Part shown: positions 61,248-64,000 of the stretch, piece after piece
Layout of the letters: each line of letters starts with the position of its first letter
Position numbering within the stretch: the first letter of the stretch is position 1
Assembly (NCBI GenBank): GCA_035510465.1
Contig: DATKHC010000004.1
Location: 6,481-70,480 of the forward strand
Length of the DNA: 64,000 nt
Source of the DNA: Candidatus Saccharimonadales bacterium
GTDB taxonomy: Bacteria > Patescibacteriota > Saccharimonadia > Saccharimonadales > DATKHC01
Direction of reading: 5' to 3'
Made by a program: the position numbers and the translations under genes
The notes under the pieces: model-generated
Seen by the model: the letters and a program-made list of their open reading frames with translations, nothing else
Databases searched by the model: none
What the model was told of the DNA's origin: nothing

Positions 61248-63416
61248 ATGTCTAGACCCGTAATTTCGTGGCTATCATACGTCATTACTTTGGTTGGGCT
61301 TTTTATTATTTTAGCTATTGTAGCCGCCAAGAACTACCGGACTAGAATTAACCGTGGTTTTATCCTGTTCGGTCTCTTCGTAGCACTATACGTTGGCGCT
61401 TCTTTCGTCCCAGAATTTACAAATTCTTATCAGCTTGAGCTAATCTGGACACGCACAGCTCTAATGGTGGCAAATTTTATACCAGTTTTTTTTTATGTAT
61501 TCACAAAGGCACTTGTTAATAAAAGATTGGTTAATAAATATGTTGAATACTCCATTTACTTGGCCCCATTCGTATTAGCGCCGATTGCTTATCTGCCATC
61601 TAATATTTCAACTATTGTACCGAGTCCTTATGGAATTAATCTTGGTAAACTGGGGCCGCTACTCTGGATAACACTCGTATACTTTCTGATAGTTTTTGCC
61701 ATATGTTTTATAGGTCTATTTCGTTATAGCAAGGTAGCAGATAAGACTGCGAAGCTGCAGATCAACATAATAAGTATGAGCATCGGCCTGACCGTAGGCA
61801 TAAATCTGGTCACCCAATTAGTGCTCCCGGAATTTCATATTTCAAACCTAGGTAATTTAGTAGGGAATCCTTCAGATATTATACTTGTCGGAGGGATTAG
61901 CTACGCAATTTTGCGGCATAAACTATTCGATATTAGGTCCGTAGTGCTACGCTCAATCGGCTACATCATAATGTTGGGGGTCGCAGCATTTATATATAGC
62001 TTTGTAATACTTGGAGCCAGTAAAGCTATTTTCACCAATCTACACTTAACTTTCCTGGAAGATGTTTATTTTGTCCTGGCCTCACTTTTGATAACGTTTA
62101 GTTTCCCAACTTTCTCACGGTTAATTAGCAAAACTACCGACAGACTCTTTTATAGAGACCACTACAATAGCGAAGATTTAATTAACCAGATAGGGCGGCT
62201 GTTGGCATCAGAAATAAAACTTGAAAGCCTATCTCAGAGAGTTATAGAGATAATTTGCCGAGAAATGAAGATTAAGATGGTTGATATCATAGTCTTGGAT
62301 AAGGGTCACGTTTACTATGACGCTAAGCAGATTTTTACCGTGAGCCTGCCAGAATTCACGCTAGACATGGAAAGGCAAGGCTATTCCACCGTCGTGACGG
62401 ACGAGTTACCTGAAAATGAACAAAAAGCCACTTTGAGAGGATATGGTATTAGTGTTTTCAGTGTGCTTAAAACCAGGGATGAAAAAGTAGGTTATATGTT
62501 ATTTAGCGACAAGCGTAGCGGAACACTCTATAACAATAACGACGTTAGGGTTATCAATATTATGGCCGATGAGCTTGCTATAGCAATTCAAAACAGTCGT
62601 TCTTACTCTCAAATTACTGAATTTAATGTGACACTACAGTCACGAGTCGAAGAAGCCACTCAAAAACTCCGCCAAGCCAATGAACAGTTAAAAGAAACCA
62701 ACGCTACGAAAGATGACTTCATATCCATGGCATCTCACCAATTAAGTACTCCTCTAGCCGTCATGGATGGGTATTTATCGCTTATAACAAAAGGTATATA
62801 CGGCCAAGCCGACAGCAAAATCAACCACGCGCTTGAGGTCGCATTGTCTAGAACTAGAATGATGAAAAGTTTAGTATTCGACCTGCTCAACCTTAGTCGT
62901 ATGACAGCCGGTAAGTTTTTCTTAGAACTTGCTGATGCAGACATGAATCAAATAGTAACCGATCAAATTTCTCAACTAAAGACTCAGGCCGAAGAGAAGA
63001 AGGTTATTGTAACTTACCGTCCGCCCGATATACCCGTTCCAACGATAAGAGTTGATATTCAAAAAACCACTCAGGCGGTTATGAACCTTATTAACAATGC
63101 AATTTTCTACGCACCAAATGGAAAGGTTGATATTTACTTAACAGCCGAGGGGCCAAATGTCGTCTTTAAAGTTACTGATAACGGCATTGGTGTTCCCGAT
63201 GAGGAAAAGCCAAAACTATTCACGAAATTCTTTCGAGCAGACAACGCCAAGAAAGAAAGCCCCAACGGCACCGGTATTGGTTTATACCTAGTAAAAAGGG
63301 TAGTGGAAGATCAAAAAGGAGAAATTATTTTTTCAAGCCAACTTGGCCATGGATCGACATTTGGTTTTAAGCTGCCGGTTGTCAGCGCAGTTCCATCTCC
63401 AGCACCACTTAAATAA
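61248..63416 (+). CDS. multi-TM sensor histidine kinase
   Basis: About 8 TM segments, GAF-like region, H box SMASHQLSTPL, N box NLINNAIFYAP, G boxes DNGIGVP and GTGIGLYLV. Confidence 0.85.
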   Translation: MSRPVISWLSYVITLVGLFIILAIVAAKNYRTRINRGFILFGLFVALYVGASFVPEFTNSYQLELIWTRTALMVANFIPVFFYVFTKALVNKRLVNKYVEYSIYLAPFVLAPIAYLPSNISTIVPSPYGINLGKLGPLLWITLVYFLIVFAICFIGLFRYSKVADKTAKLQINIISMSIGLTVGINLVTQLVLPEFHISNLGNLVGNPSDIILVGGISYAILRHKLFDIRSVVLRSIGYIIMLGVAAFIYSFVILGASKAIFTNLHLTFLEDVYFVLASLLITFSFPTFSRLISKTTDRLFYRDHYNSEDLINQIGRLLASEIKLESLSQRVIEIICREMKIKMVDIIVLDKGHVYYDAKQIFTVSLPEFTLDMERQGYSTVVTDELPENEQKATLRGYGISVFSVLKTRDEKVGYMLFSDKRSGTLYNNNDVRVINIMADELAIAIQNSRSYSQITEFNVTLQSRVEEATQKLRQANEQLKETNATKDDFISMASHQLSTPLAVMDGYLSLITKGIYGQADSKINHALEVALSRTRMMKSLVFDLLNLSRMTAGKFFLELADADMNQIVTDQISQLKTQAEEKKVIVTYRPPDIPVPTIRVDIQKTTQAVMNLINNAIFYAPNGKVDIYLTAEGPNVVFKVTDNGIGVPDEEKPKLFTKFFRADNAKKESPNGTGIGLYLVKRVVEDQKGEIIFSSQLGHGSTFGFKLPVVSAVPSPAPLK

Positions 63417-63465
63417 CAATCTAAAGTACCGGCTGGGCAAATTCTTATATAATTTAACTAATACT

Positions 63466-63813
63466 ATGAACGACATAGGCAAACTTCAAAAAATGGTTAT
63501 CAAATTCCGTGATGATCGTGATTGGAAACAATTCCACAACCCCAAAGATTTATCGATTTCTTTGGTTTTAGAAGCCAGCGAGCTCCTTGAACACTTTCAA
63601 TGGAAAAATAAACAAGAGACAGACAAGCATCTCAAAGTCTCCTACGACGACATAGCAGGTGAGTTAGCAGACGTATTTTATTGGGTTCTGCTAATAGCTA
63701 ACGATCTGAGGATTGACCTAGATAAGGCCTTAAATAAAAAGATAGTTGAGAATAATGCCAAGTATCCAATAAAAAAATCTAAGGGTAATCATTCAAAATA
63801 CAATAATCTTTAG
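63466..63813 (+). CDS. MazG-type nucleotide pyrophosphohydrolase
   Basis: Start moved to MNDIGKLQK; RDWKQFHNPKDLSISLVLEASELLEHFQW. Confidence 0.7.
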   Translation: MNDIGKLQKMVIKFRDDRDWKQFHNPKDLSISLVLEASELLEHFQWKNKQETDKHLKVSYDDIAGELADVFYWVLLIANDLRIDLDKALNKKIVENNAKYPIKKSKGNHSKYNNL

Positions 63814-64000
63814 ATCAGACTCGCTTCTTTCATCATTTTCAATTCATCGGCTATAATATCTGAAGATATAAATCCACCCTGCAAAACCCTGTCATTGCTC
63901 GTGACGTAAAAGGGCATGTGGTCTTCACCTAAAGAGCAACTAACAATCTGTTCGGTGTTGTTGGATATTTGTTTATAAGTTAAGCAAAAGGTGAAAGTAT
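63812..64000 (-). CDS. 3' end of a gene entering from the right edge
   Basis: Hand translation of the minus strand ends ..GEDHMPFYVTSNDRVLQGGFISSDIIADELKMMKEASLI-stop. Confidence 0.35.

Noticed and set aside
31225-63814. Apparent 1-nt disagreements between my manual indexing and the ORF track: the stop of 31226..32356, and an apparent in-frame TAA at 63781 in the MazG ORF
   Set aside because: I cannot rule out my own counting or reading error in long homopolymer or line-break contexts. I treated these as not biologically meaningful and kept the track coordinates.

Overview
This 64-kb window looks like a small-genome, monoderm, CPR/Saccharibacteria-type bacterium; that is inferred from gene content only. 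Repeats, tRNAs, promoters and adjusted starts were called by hand and may be off by 1-2 nt. Twice my manual indexing disagreed by 1 nt with the ORF track, so I kept the track coordinates for CDSs.

The window has three layers.

(1) Ordinary core genes: pyrC-pyrD, a MacB-type ABC exporter, NUDIX, xth, sortase, gltX, a TraD/VirD4-like ATPase, DUF3048, a histidine kinase and MazG. There are three tRNAs that encode CCA: Asn-GUU, Ser-GGA and Leu-CAA.

(2) A 12-kb minus-strand cell-surface locus at 29.0-41.3 kb. It joins a Csc/WxL-like module (two DUF916/DUF3324-like anchored proteins plus secreted beta-rich paralogues) to phage-tail-fibre-like proteins, a glycosyltransferase and a methyltransferase.

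(3) The most unusual layer is a set of about 21 clean copies, plus degenerate pieces, of the 29-nt repeat GTACGGAACTCAACCTCGATTCCCAGCCA, which ends like a tRNA 3' end.
- These copies cut two regions into single-gene cassettes: 5.6-18.4 kb (all + orientation) and 54.1-61.1 kb (all - orientation, ending at a tRNA-like remnant).
- A third, variant-repeat array at 20.0-25.2 kb is anchored on tRNA-Asn.
- Cassette cargo is integron-like: RelE/RHH, HicAB, a Fic/Doc-like protein, an HExxH protein, APH(6)-like and beta-lactamase-family enzymes, orphan biosynthetic enzymes and many small unknowns.
- There is no IntI-type integrase and no attC-like palindrome in the window.
- The only recombinases are a large serine recombinase that runs off the left edge (missing from the ORF track) and an IS3-family element at the junction of two arrays.
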